A stretch of 64,000 nucleotides of DNA from an uncultured Acidobacteriota bacterium. Lineage in GTDB: Bacteria; Acidobacteriota; Terriglobia; Acidiferrales; UBA7541. The stretch is taken from assembly GCA_963780035.1 (NCBI GenBank), contig CAWAAG010000024.1, positions 96,290 to 160,289 of the forward strand, read 5' to 3'. The number at the start of each line of letters is the position of its first letter. The first letter of the stretch is position 1. The notes beneath the pieces are model-generated. The model saw nothing but the letters and a program-made list of their open reading frames with translations, was not told where the DNA came from and ran no database searches. Made by a program: the position numbers and the translations under genes. Shown in pieces: positions 47,283-56,261 of the stretch.

Positions 47283-48650
47283 TCAATCCCGCGTCAGTCC
47301 CACGGCAAAAAATCCATCCGCATCGCGTTCCCCGGGCAAAGTGCGAAAGCGCCCCTCCGCATCAAACAATCCGCGCGCCTCGACACCAGCCACTAACTTC
47401 CCATCCAAAGCGCTCGTAAGTTCGCGCACCGGCACGCGCCTCAAGCCCGCCACCAACCGCGAAACTTCCTCCACCACCAGCTCGTTCTCCTCCGCTTCCA
47501 AAGAACAAGTCGAATAAACCAACCTGCCGCCGCTAGCCAATCGCTCCAAACCCGACCTCAAAAGCGCCACGTGCAAAGCGTGAAATTCCGCCAGCACCTC
47601 GCTCTTCAACCTCCACCGAATTTCCGGATGCCTACTCAAAGTCCCCGTCCCCGAACAAGGCGCATCCACCAAAATCCGGTCAAACGCCACTCCAAAAGGC
47701 AAAGCGCCCACAGCATCCAACTCCACCAATCTCACCGCGCCCAATCCCAATCTCTTGAACTGTTCGCGCATTCCCCGCACCCGGTGCGCATGACGATCCG
47801 CCGCCACCACCAATCCATCTCCGGCCGCCCGCGCCAAAGCAGCCGTCTTCCCCCCAGGCGCCGCGCACATATCCAACACTCGCTCGCCCACGCGCACCCC
47901 GAGCAAAAGCGGCACCACTTGCGAAGCTTCATCCTGAATCGAAATCGCGCCCTCACGAAACGCCGCCGTCCGCGTAACACTCCCTCCACTCACCGCGAAC
48001 GCGCTCCGCAATATTTCTCCCGCCTCGATTCGCAGCCCCGCGGCCCGCAAGCTCTCAAAAATTTCTTCCCGCCGCCCCAAATCCTGCACGGCGCAACTAA
48101 GCCGCGGCGCCCGGTTATCCGCTTCCAGCAACCCAATCGCCCGCGCCTCGCCAAACCGCGCCAGCCACCGCTCCACCATCCAGGTAGGATGCGAATGCAA
48201 TATCCCCAATCGGTCCGCCCCGGAAATCCCGGCCGGCAAAATGTCCGCCGCAGCCGTCCCGGCCTCGCCTGCCGCCTTCCGCAAAACCGCATTCACCAGT
48301 GTTGCTGCCGACGTCTTGCGCGCCCGTTTCACCAATTCCACCGACTCATTCACCGCCGCCCGAGCCGGCACGCGCTGCAAAAATCGCAGCTGATACAAAC
48401 CGATCCGCAAAGCCAAAGCCACCGCCATATCCAGGCGCCCCACCGGCTTCCTCAGTTGCCGTTCCAGCAAAAAATCCAAAAGCCGCCGCCACCGCAAAAC
48501 TCCCAAAACCAATTCGGTAGCCAGCCCCGCATCCTCCGCCTTCACCGCTCCGCCCAATTCCGCATGCAACAAATCGCTGGCGTACGCGCCCTCCTCCTCC
48601 ACGCGCCGCAAAACCTCAAACGCAATCTTCCGCGCCACACCAATCGCCAT
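47283..48650 (-). CDS. rsmB: 16S rRNA (cytosine967-C5)-methyltransferase (NusB-like N-domain + RsmB/Sun MTase)
   Basis: 455 aa. DMCAAPGGKT SAM motif, ILVDAPCSGTG and YSTCS catalytic cysteine motifs. Position downstream of fmt matches the conserved def-fmt-rsmB order. Confidence 0.85.
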   Translation of the reverse strand: MAIGVARKIAFEVLRRVEEEGAYASDLLHAELGGAVKAEDAGLATELVLGVLRWRRLLDFLLERQLRKPVGRLDMAVALALRIGLYQLRFLQRVPARAAVNESVELVKRARKTSAATLVNAVLRKAAGEAGTAAADILPAGISGADRLGILHSHPTWMVERWLARFGEARAIGLLEADNRAPRLSCAVQDLGRREEIFESLRAAGLRIEAGEILRSAFAVSGGSVTRTAAFREGAISIQDEASQVVPLLLGVRVGERVLDMCAAPGGKTAALARAAGDGLVVAADRHAHRVRGMREQFKRLGLGAVRLVELDAVGALPFGVAFDRILVDAPCSGTGTLSRHPEIRWRLKSEVLAEFHALHVALLRSGLERLASGGRLVYSTCSLEAEENELVVEEVSRLVAGLRRVPVRELTSALDGKLVAGVEARGLFDAEGRFRTLPGERDADGFFAVGLTRD

Positions 48651-48681
48651 AATTTTCGCTCACACCAGCAGCAGGAAGTCC

Positions 48682-48847
48682 GCCACGGAGGCACAGAGAC
48701 ACAGAGAAAACCCAAAATTTAAAAAGACCAACAACACTACGATGACCAGCCGGCCGCTCCGCAGCGAGCGTCAGTATCTTTCAGCGCGGGTATTTCCTGG
48801 CTGTCGGTTTTTCTCTCTCTATCTCTGTGTCTCGGTGCCTCTGTGGC
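48682..48847. repeat. Inverted pair of cacagag-type elements flanking a 92-bp spacer
   Basis: gccacggaggcacagagacacagagaaaaccc (48682-48713) pairs with the reverse complement of ggtttttctctctctatctctgtgtctcggtgcctctgtggc (48806-48847). Lies in the fmt-rsmB spacer. Confidence 0.8.
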
Positions 48848-48858
48848 AGATGTAGCCG

Positions 48859-49866
48859 TTACGATCCAAATCTCTCCCCATCCACAATCCGCGCACCACG
48901 AAGAAACTCCGCCGCCGCCACGCGCTTCCTCCCCTCGACCTGCACAAATTCCAACCGCAGCGCGCTCCCATCGCCGCACGCCACAAACACCTCGCCGCCA
49001 GAGGAGCTTATGGTGCCCGGCAGTATCGCCGAGGGGTGATGTTCGGCCGTAGGGGCGGGTCTCAGACCCGCCCCCGCTGTCGCTCCGCCAAAAAATGATC
49101 GGTCGGCCAAGGGCCGTCCCCAAATCCCGCACAATTTCCCGCGAAACAAAGTAAACGCCCCCGGCCACGGCTGAAACCCGCGCATCCGGTTGTAAATCAC
49201 CGCCGCCGGCAAAGCCCAATCAATCCTTCCATCCTCTTTTTTCAAAGGTGGCGCAAACGTAGCCTGCGCCGAGTCCTGCGCCACCGGCGTAATCGCGCCA
49301 CCGGCCAATCCGCGCAGCGTATCCACTATTAGCGGCCCCCCAGCCTCCGCCATCCGCGCAGACAATTCCGGCGCCGTCTCCTCCGCCCCGATCGCAGTCT
49401 CCCACCGCAGCAGCATCGGCCCGGTATCGAGCCCCGCGTCAATGCTCATCGTCGTCAAACCCGTCCGCGTCTCGCCCAGCGCAATCGCCCAGGCAATCGG
49501 CGCCGCCCCGCGATATTTCGGCAAGAGCGACCCGTGCAGATTCACCCAACCGAGCCGCGGCAGCGCGATCAATCGCGCCGGAATAATCTGCCCGTAAGCG
49601 ATGATCACCACCACGTCCGGCGCGACGCGCGCGAAATACTCGAACGCCTCTTCACCCCGGATTTTCTGCGGCTGATAGACAGCAATCCCCGCAGCCAGCG
49701 CCTCCGCTTTCACCGGCGCGGCGGAAATCTCGCCGCCCCGCCCCCGCGGACGGTCTGGCTGCGTCACCACTCCTTCAATTTTGAATTCAGGATTCGCGAT
49801 TAATTCGCGCAAGGCAGGAACTGCAAACGCCGGCGTGCCGCAAAAAACAATTCTCAGCGGCGGCAC
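48859..49866 (-). CDS. fmt: Methionyl-tRNA formyltransferase (contains an in-frame REP-palindrome insert)
   Basis: 335 aa. IVFCGTPAFAVP, VVTQPDRPRGRG, NLHGSLLPKYRGAAPI and the C-terminal EF-Tu-like domain. Residues GATAGAGLRPAPTAEHH are encoded by the palindrome at 49049-49075. Confidence 0.9.
   Translation of the reverse strand: MPPLRIVFCGTPAFAVPALRELIANPEFKIEGVVTQPDRPRGRGGEISAAPVKAEALAAGIAVYQPQKIRGEEAFEYFARVAPDVVVIIAYGQIIPARLIALPRLGWVNLHGSLLPKYRGAAPIAWAIALGETRTGLTTMSIDAGLDTGPMLLRWETAIGAEETAPELSARMAEAGGPLIVDTLRGLAGGAITPVAQDSAQATFAPPLKKEDGRIDWALPAAVIYNRMRGFQPWPGAFTLFRGKLCGIWGRPLADRSFFGGATAGAGLRPAPTAEHHPSAILPGTISSSGGEVFVACGDGSALRLEFVQVEGRKRVAAAEFLRGARIVDGERFGS
49049..49075. repeat. REP-A palindrome (copy 2) located inside the fmt coding sequence
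   Basis: gtaggggcgggtctcagacccgccccc. On the coding strand it reads GAGLRPAPT in frame. Confidence 0.85.
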
Positions 49867-49873
49867 GAATCGC

Positions 49874-50383
49874 CTACCACTCGCCGGCTTTTTTCATCTT
49901 GCGGATCTTCCGCCGGATCATGTCGCGTTTCAACATGCTCAGGTGCGTGATGAAGAGCACTCCATTCAAATGATCAATCTCGTGGCAAAACGCGCGCGCC
50001 AGCAACCCCTCGCCCTTGCGCTCGAATTCATTTCCTTGCGCGTCCTGCCCGCGCACCGTCACGTACATCGGCCGCTCCACGTACCCGCGAAACCCCGGTA
50101 TCGAAAGACAGCCTTCTTCTTCGCGCTGCGTCCCTTCCGCGTAAGTAATCTCCGGATTGGCCAGCACGATCTTCGCCTCCGGAATTTTTCCATTCGACAC
50201 ATCAATCACCGTAACCCGCATCCCCACGCCAATCTGCGGTGCCGCCAAACCCACTCCCGCCGCCGCGTACATGGATTCGAACATGTCCGCCACAAGCTTC
50301 TGCATATCCTCGTCGAATTTCTCGACGCGTTTCGTCGGCGTCTCCAGCACCGGATCGCCGTATTTCACTATCGGATGAATCAT
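49874..50383 (-). CDS. def: Peptide deformylase
   Basis: Start moved to the ATG at 50383 (MIHPIVKYGDPVL; the track start at 50416 is possible). GVGLAAPQIG, EGCLS and HEIDHL motifs. Confidence 0.9.
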   Translation of the reverse strand: MIHPIVKYGDPVLETPTKRVEKFDEDMQKLVADMFESMYAAAGVGLAAPQIGVGMRVTVIDVSNGKIPEAKIVLANPEITYAEGTQREEEGCLSIPGFRGYVERPMYVTVRGQDAQGNEFERKGEGLLARAFCHEIDHLNGVLFITHLSMLKRDMIRRKIRKMKKAGEW

Positions 50384-50433
50384 CGTCAGCAGGTTCCTGT
50401 CTTCACCAATCACCACTCACTAATCACGCTTCG

Positions 50434-51636
50434 CTAAAACCGATCCAGCTGTCCCTGATACCCGTCGAAGTTCCGCTTCATCTCCCCCATCGAATCCCCG
50501 CCAAACTTCTCCAAAAACGCCCCCGCCAATTCATACGCCACCATTGCCTCGCCCGCCACTCCTCCCGCCGGCACCACGCACACGTCCGAGCGTTCGTAAG
50601 CCGCCTTCACCGCTTCCTTCGTCTTCAAATCCGCCGTCAATAAGGGCCGCCGCAAAGTTGAAATCGGTTTCAGATGCCCGCGCACCACCACGTCGCTGCC
50701 GTTCGTGATCCCGCCCTCCAGGCCCCCAGCCCGATTCGAAGATCGCTCAAATCTTTTCCGCGCGCCGTCGTAACGGATTTCATCCTGCACTTCCGAGCCG
50801 TAACTCCCCGCATTCGCGATCGCCGTCCCAAACTCCACGGCCTTCACCGCCTGAATGGACATCACCGCCTGCGCGATGCGCGCATCCAGTTTCTCATCCC
50901 ATTGCGCGTGGCTGCCCAACCCTGGGGGAATTTCGTGAGCCACCACCTCAAATACTCCGCCCACCGAATCGCCAGCCCGCAGCACGTGATCCACTTCCGC
51001 CTTCATCCGCGCTTCGGTCGCCGCATCCACACAACGCAGCGGCGATTCCAGATTCTCGCACACGTTCGCAATTTCTTCCCAGCTCGCCTCGCGCTCGAGC
51101 TTCACGTGGCCCACCGCAATCGTATGGCTCAACACCGCCGCGCCAAATTCGCGCAAAAGCAATTTCGCAAACGCGCCCGCCGCCACGCGCGCCGCTGTCT
51201 CCCGCGCTGAAGCGCGTTCCAGCACATAACGCGCGTCGTGAAAATTGAATTTCAACGCGCCAGCCAGATCCGCGTGTCCCGGACGCGGCGCCGTCAACGG
51301 CCGCTGGCTCCCCGCCGCATCGCCAACTCCCTCCGCGCCCTCTGTATCCTCCACCGCCGCTTCCACCGGCAGCGCCTTCTCCCAGTTTTTCCAGTCGCGG
51401 TTCTCGATCCGCACCGCGATCGGCGCCCCAATCGTCTTCCCGTGGCGCACGCCCGCCAGAATATCCGCCGCATCCTTCTCGATGCGCTGCCGCCCGCCGC
51501 GCCCGTAACCCAGTTGCCGCCGGTGCAGTTCGCGCTGAATAAATTCCAGATCCACCGGCATCCCCGCCGGCAACCCTGAAATCCAGGCGATCAACGCCTG
51601 CCCGTGTGATTCCCCCGCCGTAACGAATCGCAGCAT
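50434..51636 (-). CDS. aroC: Chorismate synthase
   Basis: Start moved to the ATG at 51636 (MLRFVTAGESHG, canonical AroC N-terminus). GRSSARETA-like RASARETAARVA and GGISNG-like GGITNG motifs. Confidence 0.9.
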   Translation of the reverse strand: MLRFVTAGESHGQALIAWISGLPAGMPVDLEFIQRELHRRQLGYGRGGRQRIEKDAADILAGVRHGKTIGAPIAVRIENRDWKNWEKALPVEAAVEDTEGAEGVGDAAGSQRPLTAPRPGHADLAGALKFNFHDARYVLERASARETAARVAAGAFAKLLLREFGAAVLSHTIAVGHVKLEREASWEEIANVCENLESPLRCVDAATEARMKAEVDHVLRAGDSVGGVFEVVAHEIPPGLGSHAQWDEKLDARIAQAVMSIQAVKAVEFGTAIANAGSYGSEVQDEIRYDGARKRFERSSNRAGGLEGGITNGSDVVVRGHLKPISTLRRPLLTADLKTKEAVKAAYERSDVCVVPAGGVAGEAMVAYELAGAFLEKFGGDSMGEMKRNFDGYQGQLDRF

Positions 51637-51797
51637 GTAGTAGCCGAGCCCCACGCAAGCAGGCGCGAATGCAAGATTCTACCGGACACCCGCACCCGCG
51701 TAAACCCTTTGCAAAGATAATGACACCGATAACGCGGCAGCATCGCCGCCTCCACTGAGCCAAACGAACGTGTCCCGCTTCCCCGTCGAAGTTGACG

Positions 51798-51862
51798 TTG
51801 TAGCGGCGCACTTTTACCCCGAGTGACCCTACGAGGGGTCAGTGCGCCATCGGTCTCGCGGC
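51798..51862. repeat. REP-B element with a second hairpin nested in its loop
   Basis: ttgtagcggcgcactt[ttaccccgagtgaccctacgaggggt]cagtgcgccatcggtctcgcggc. The flanks match copy 1 at 1762 and the bracketed 26 nt are extra. Confidence 0.8.
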
Positions 51863-52000
51863 AGCCAACGACGGCGGCTGTTGCCGACTGTGGCCACAGC
51901 CATCGAATCAACGTAACTCCCAGCCGTTTCTCCACGTCCCAAAAAATGGACCCAAATCTGGCGCAACACGCACCACAACCCAGCACCAACGGAGGGAACC

Positions 52001-52345
52001 GTGAAAAACGTCGCGCTGTTCGCTCTACTTCTTCTCGCCACGCTCTCCTGCGCAGCACAAAGCCCGGACGAATATCCCATCACCGTCCATGTCAGCTCCG
52101 CCCGCACCATCATCGTGCCCAACTTTTCCGGCCAGCTCCAGCTGCAGCAACTAAAGGTCACCATCAACAGTAAAAAGTACGAGCTAACTGCCCAGTCCGA
52201 TGGCTCGCTGCTAACGCTAGGCGACTACCAAGCCAAGTTAGTCCAAAACGACCACAAAACGGCCTACGAATCCCTGCAAGCCTACGAATTCCGCTTCCCA
52301 GACAAGAAAACCGTAAAGTTCACAGTAACCGCCCAAAGCGAGTAA
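52001..52345 (+). CDS. Small secreted hypothetical protein
   Basis: 114 aa, GTG start. Signal peptide MKNVALFALLLLATLSCAAQ, beta-rich mature part. Visibly more A/T-rich than its neighbours. Confidence 0.55.
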   Translation: MKNVALFALLLLATLSCAAQSPDEYPITVHVSSARTIIVPNFSGQLQLQQLKVTINSKKYELTAQSDGSLLTLGDYQAKLVQNDHKTAYESLQAYEFRFPDKKTVKFTVTAQSE

Positions 52346-52367
52346 CATCATCCGCGCCTCGCCGAGG

Positions 52368-52976
52368 ATGCATTTGCTCGAAATCGATCTGAGGTTCCCA
52401 CATTCGTACGAAGTCCAGGAGCTGGCTGAATTGCCGGGCACAGGAAAATTATCATTCCCACTAATTTTCTTTCCGCCGCCCCTGACCAGGCCGGAACACG
52501 ACGGCCTTTGGATAACAGTGAAGCCCGCCAACGGAAAGCAATGGATCGGCGACTTCAAATTCGGATATACCTCACCACCCGCTTTTTCTCGTGTTATCAG
52601 CTCGCCGGACCCAAGCCGTGTGTGCGTCATCGCGAATGGCGCGGCCTATTTGGTGAACGCCGACATAGCCGAGGAGTGGGAAAGAATTCCCATAATTCCA
52701 GTGCTAGACCTCCGCCAGCTTCCAGAACACGGGCTACTCATTTTTTCGGATTTCACAGCGCTGGCCGCCTACAGTAGCGCCGGGTTCCTCTGGCGAAGCC
52801 CTCGCGTTTGTTGGGACGGATTGAAAATCGTCCGCGTCACAGACAACACGATTGAGGGCATAGGAGACGATCCGACCAACTCCACCACCCACGAGTCCCG
52901 TTTCGTGGTCGACTTGAAATCCGGCCGCTCCTTGCTGCCGTCGCCAAGATCAACAGACGGAAAATCCGTCTGGTAG
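52368..52976 (+). CDS. Hypothetical protein (no recognisable domain)
   Basis: 202-aa ORF 22 nt downstream of the previous gene. Balanced composition, no signal peptide, no motif I can name. Confidence 0.5.
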   Translation: MHLLEIDLRFPHSYEVQELAELPGTGKLSFPLIFFPPPLTRPEHDGLWITVKPANGKQWIGDFKFGYTSPPAFSRVISSPDPSRVCVIANGAAYLVNADIAEEWERIPIIPVLDLRQLPEHGLLIFSDFTALAAYSSAGFLWRSPRVCWDGLKIVRVTDNTIEGIGDDPTNSTTHESRFVVDLKSGRSLLPSPRSTDGKSVW

Positions 52977-53087
52977 TTCTGCGTCCAGCGAACCTGCCGA
53001 TGTCCGCTTGACGCCACGCGCCTCAGCCGTTACGCTCCCAAAGACTCGGCGCAAGCGACGCTCCATCATCCGCCGGCGTCGCACAAA

Positions 53088-53891
53088 ATGGCCGAATCCA
53101 GTCCCACGTCATCGCTCCCTTCGATTCTCGCCGATGTACTGAAAGGCCAGGTCGCCGCCGTTCAGGACTACTTCTTCCTCGTGCTCCAATCGCTGAAGAA
53201 TATCTTCACTCCGCCGCACTATTGGGCGGATACGCTCGAGCAAATGGACATCATCGGCGTCGGCTCGCTCCCCATCATCATTCTCGCCAGCCTCTCGATC
53301 GGCGGCGTCATGGTCCTGCAAACAGCCGCGCAGTTCCAGCGTTTCGGTGAAACAGCCCTCACCGGCGACGCCGTCGCGCTCGCGCTCGTTCGCGAACTCG
53401 GCCCCGCCGTCACCGCCCTGCTCGTCGCCGGCCGCAACGCTTCCGGCATCGCCTCCGAACTCGGTTCCATGATCGTCACCGAGCAGGTAGACGCGATGCG
53501 CGCTCTCGGCACCGATCCCATCCGCAAACTGATGATGCCCCGCGTCATCGCCACCGTATTAATGGTCCCGTTGCTTACCGCCGTCTTCGATTTCGTCGGC
53601 CTCTGCGGCGGTTTCGTCGTCGCCTACACCACGTTGCGCCTGGGCGCCGTCCAGTTCTGGACGCGCGCCATCCACTCCTTGGCCATGGGCGATGTTGTTC
53701 AAGGCATGGCCAAGCCCCTGGTTTTCGGCTTAATCATCGCCACCGTAGGTTGTTACCGCGGCTTGCGCGTCCGCGGCGGCACCCAAGGCGTAGGCCGCGC
53801 TACAACCAGCGCCGTAGTCATCGCCTCCGTCTGGGTCCTGGTAGTTGACTTCTTCCTCTCTCGTCTCCTCCTCTATATGTTCAACCTGTAG
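53088..53891 (+). CDS. mlaE: MlaE-family ABC transporter permease (lipid asymmetry maintenance)
   Basis: 267 aa. MlaE/YrbE signature stretches (GVGSLPII; RELGPAVTALLVAGRNASGIASELGSM.VTEQVDA; RGGTQGVGRATTSAVV). Confidence 0.85.
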   Translation: MAESSPTSSLPSILADVLKGQVAAVQDYFFLVLQSLKNIFTPPHYWADTLEQMDIIGVGSLPIIILASLSIGGVMVLQTAAQFQRFGETALTGDAVALALVRELGPAVTALLVAGRNASGIASELGSMIVTEQVDAMRALGTDPIRKLMMPRVIATVLMVPLLTAVFDFVGLCGGFVVAYTTLRLGAVQFWTRAIHSLAMGDVVQGMAKPLVFGLIIATVGCYRGLRVRGGTQGVGRATTSAVVIASVWVLVVDFFLSRLLLYMFNL

Positions 53892-53967
53892 CCTCTGACT
53901 TCCTTCCCGACGCCCCCAAAAGCGATCTCCCGCCCCAATCCCCCGGTTTCCATTTATAATCCCACCC

Positions 53968-54942
53968 ATGACGCGCGACGTTCCGCCGCTCGACTCCTCC
54001 TCGAATCTCGCGAGCGCCCTGCGGCCGCCGCCTCTCCGCGCCAAGGCCCCGCAGCAAACCGCACTCGTCCCCGGGCAGCCGCTCATTTCATTTCGCGACG
54101 TGCAACTCGGCTTCGACGAGGGCGACATCCTTCGCGGCATCTCCTTCGACGTCGCTCACGGCGAAACCAAAGTCCTCCTAGGCGAAACCGGCACCGGCAA
54201 GACCCTGATCATGCGCCTCGCCGCTGGCCTCATTCATCCCGATGCCGGCCAGGTCCTCGTCATGGGCCACGACGTAAGCGAAATGCCCGAAACCGAGCTG
54301 CTGAATTTCCGCCGCCAAATCGGCTTCGTCTTCCAGGAAGGCGCGCTCTTCGATTCCCTCACCGTCTCTGACAACGTTTCCTTCCGCCTCCGCGAGGAAT
54401 CCGTGGACGAAGCCGAAATCGACCAGCGCGTCCGCGAAGCACTCCGCTTCGTCGAGCTCGAGCAAGCCCTCGAAAAATATCCCGCCGAGCTTTCCGGCGG
54501 AATGCGCCGCCGCGTTTCCATCGCCCGCGCCCTGGTAGATCGTCCGCCCGTGGTCCTCTACGATTCGCCCACCGCTGGCCTCGATCCCGTCACTTCGCAA
54601 ACCATCATCACGCTCATCCTCCGCGGCCGCGATCTGCAGGACGTAAGTTCGCTCCTCGCCACCCATCGCGTGCAAGACGCCTTTGGCCTCGCCAATTTTC
54701 GCTTCGACAAATCCACCGGCAACGTCGTGTCTCTCACCGCCGGCGGCGATGGCCATGCTGGCCTCAACAGCACCCTTGCCCAACGCGAAAAATCCGCGGA
54801 AGGCGGCCGGGAACGCAACGCCGCCCGGCCCACCAACGTATTAGTCCTGCGCGACGGCAAAATTTACTGGGAAGGCGCAGCGGACGATTTGCTGCGCACC
54901 ACCGACGAGTACCTGAAAAAGTTTCTGGCTTCGGCGGAATGA
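53968..54942 (+). CDS. mlaF: ABC transporter ATP-binding protein (MlaF-like) with N- and C-terminal extensions
   Basis: Walker A GETGTGKT, signature LSGGMRRR, Walker B LYDSPTAGLDP. Sits between mlaE and mlaD. The first ~35 aa may not be translated. Confidence 0.85.
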   Translation: MTRDVPPLDSSSNLASALRPPPLRAKAPQQTALVPGQPLISFRDVQLGFDEGDILRGISFDVAHGETKVLLGETGTGKTLIMRLAAGLIHPDAGQVLVMGHDVSEMPETELLNFRRQIGFVFQEGALFDSLTVSDNVSFRLREESVDEAEIDQRVREALRFVELEQALEKYPAELSGGMRRRVSIARALVDRPPVVLYDSPTAGLDPVTSQTIITLILRGRDLQDVSSLLATHRVQDAFGLANFRFDKSTGNVVSLTAGGDGHAGLNSTLAQREKSAEGGRERNAARPTNVLVLRDGKIYWEGAADDLLRTTDEYLKKFLASAE

Positions 54943-54982
54943 GCTGCACAACCGCATTCGGCAATCTCTGAGGAGGAAGGTC

Positions 54983-56056
54983 ATGGCGCAACGCAAGCAG
55001 CTGTCCTGGACGGAACTGCGGGTAGGACTTTTCGTGCTCGCCGGCTTGTTCATTCTCGCGGTGGCGATCTTTTACATCACCGGCGCCGGTATTCTCGGCC
55101 CGAAGTATCGCCTGTACACCTACCTCCCCGAGGTCGAGGGCGTCACTTCCGGAGCACCGGTGCGCCTGGACGGCGTCGCCATCGGCAACGTCGAGCAGAT
55201 CGGCCTGAATCCGCATCCCAGCGAGCGCAGCCAGAGCATCCAGCTGGTCTTGCGCATTGACAAGAGATTTCAGCAGGACGTCCGCACCGACTCCACCGCC
55301 AGTCTGGTCACCGAAGGACTGCTCGGTGACCGCTACGTCACCATCAAACGCGGCCTCATTGGCCAGCCGTTGCAACCCAATAGCACGGTCCCCGGCGCTC
55401 CGGCCGTGGCCATGACGGAAATGGTCGAGCGCGGCACCGATCTTCTCGATACTTTGAACACCGTCTCCGGCGACCTGAAAGGCATCATTGATCAGATCCA
55501 GGCCGGACAGGGCACCGTCGGCAAACTCATCAAAGATCCCGCGCTCTACAACAATCTGAACGCCACCATCGTGCGCCTCAACGACGTCGCCTCCAACATC
55601 CAGCAAGGGAAGGGCACTGCCGGAAAATTCCTCACCTCCGACGAGCTGTACAATAAAGTCAACACCACCGTGGACAACGTCAACGACGTCCTCGGCGCCG
55701 TGAAGGAGCAAAAGGGCACCGCCGGAAAATTGATCTACGATCCCGCCGTCTACAACAGCGCCAAATCTTTCCTCGACAACGGCAACGCCGTCCTCACCGA
55801 CGTCCGCGCCGGCAAAGGCTCGCTCGGCAAGCTCGCCACCGACGACGCGCTCTACAACAATCTCCGCGACGCTTCCTCGCAAGTGAAAGAAGCCACCGCC
55901 AAGCTCAATTCCAATCAGGGCACCGCCGGCAAATTCTTCAGCGACCCGGCCCTCTACGACAACCTCACCGGCATGAGCGGCGACCTGCGCTTACTGATCG
56001 CCGACTTCCGCAAAGACCCCAAAAAATTCCTGCACGTGAAACTCGCCGTCTTCTAG
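54983..56056 (+). CDS. mlaD: MlaD/MCE-domain protein with C-terminal tandem GTAGKL repeats
   Basis: N-terminal TM (LRVGLFVLAGLFILAVAIF), MCE domain (GVTSGAPVRLDGVAIGNV). Then five ~36-aa repeats: G(K/Q)GT(A/V)GK(L/F)..D..LYN.L. Confidence 0.8.
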   Translation: MAQRKQLSWTELRVGLFVLAGLFILAVAIFYITGAGILGPKYRLYTYLPEVEGVTSGAPVRLDGVAIGNVEQIGLNPHPSERSQSIQLVLRIDKRFQQDVRTDSTASLVTEGLLGDRYVTIKRGLIGQPLQPNSTVPGAPAVAMTEMVERGTDLLDTLNTVSGDLKGIIDQIQAGQGTVGKLIKDPALYNNLNATIVRLNDVASNIQQGKGTAGKFLTSDELYNKVNTTVDNVNDVLGAVKEQKGTAGKLIYDPAVYNSAKSFLDNGNAVLTDVRAGKGSLGKLATDDALYNNLRDASSQVKEATAKLNSNQGTAGKFFSDPALYDNLTGMSGDLRLLIADFRKDPKKFLHVKLAVF

Positions 56057-56096
56057 CCGCGGGAGACGCGATTAAAAGAGGCGTCACTCGCGAATC

Positions 56097-56158
56097 GTGA
56101 CCAGCCTGCCGGCGAGGCAGGTTGGCGAGTAGTGACCCGCCTGCCGGCGAGGCAGGTT
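56097..56158. repeat. Tandem duplicate of gtgacc-N-gcctgccggcgaggcaggtt hairpin unit (35-nt period)
   Basis: Hairpins cctgcc-ggcga-ggcagg at 56104-56123 and 56139-56158. A related cctgcccgccgcaggcagg lies at 56937-56955. Confidence 0.8.
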
Positions 56159-56239
56159 CGTGACTCGTGACGCGTGTCCCGCGCCTCCATTCGGCGCGCC
56201 CCGGCGGCAGTCTTTCGGGTTCGTGCTCTTCGCCTGGGA

Positions 56240-56261
56240 ACGCCAATCTCCTGATTGGCGT
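56240..56261. repeat. Hairpin acgccaat-ctcctg-attggcgt
   Basis: 8-bp perfect stem in the REP-rich spacer downstream of mlaD. Confidence 0.6.
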
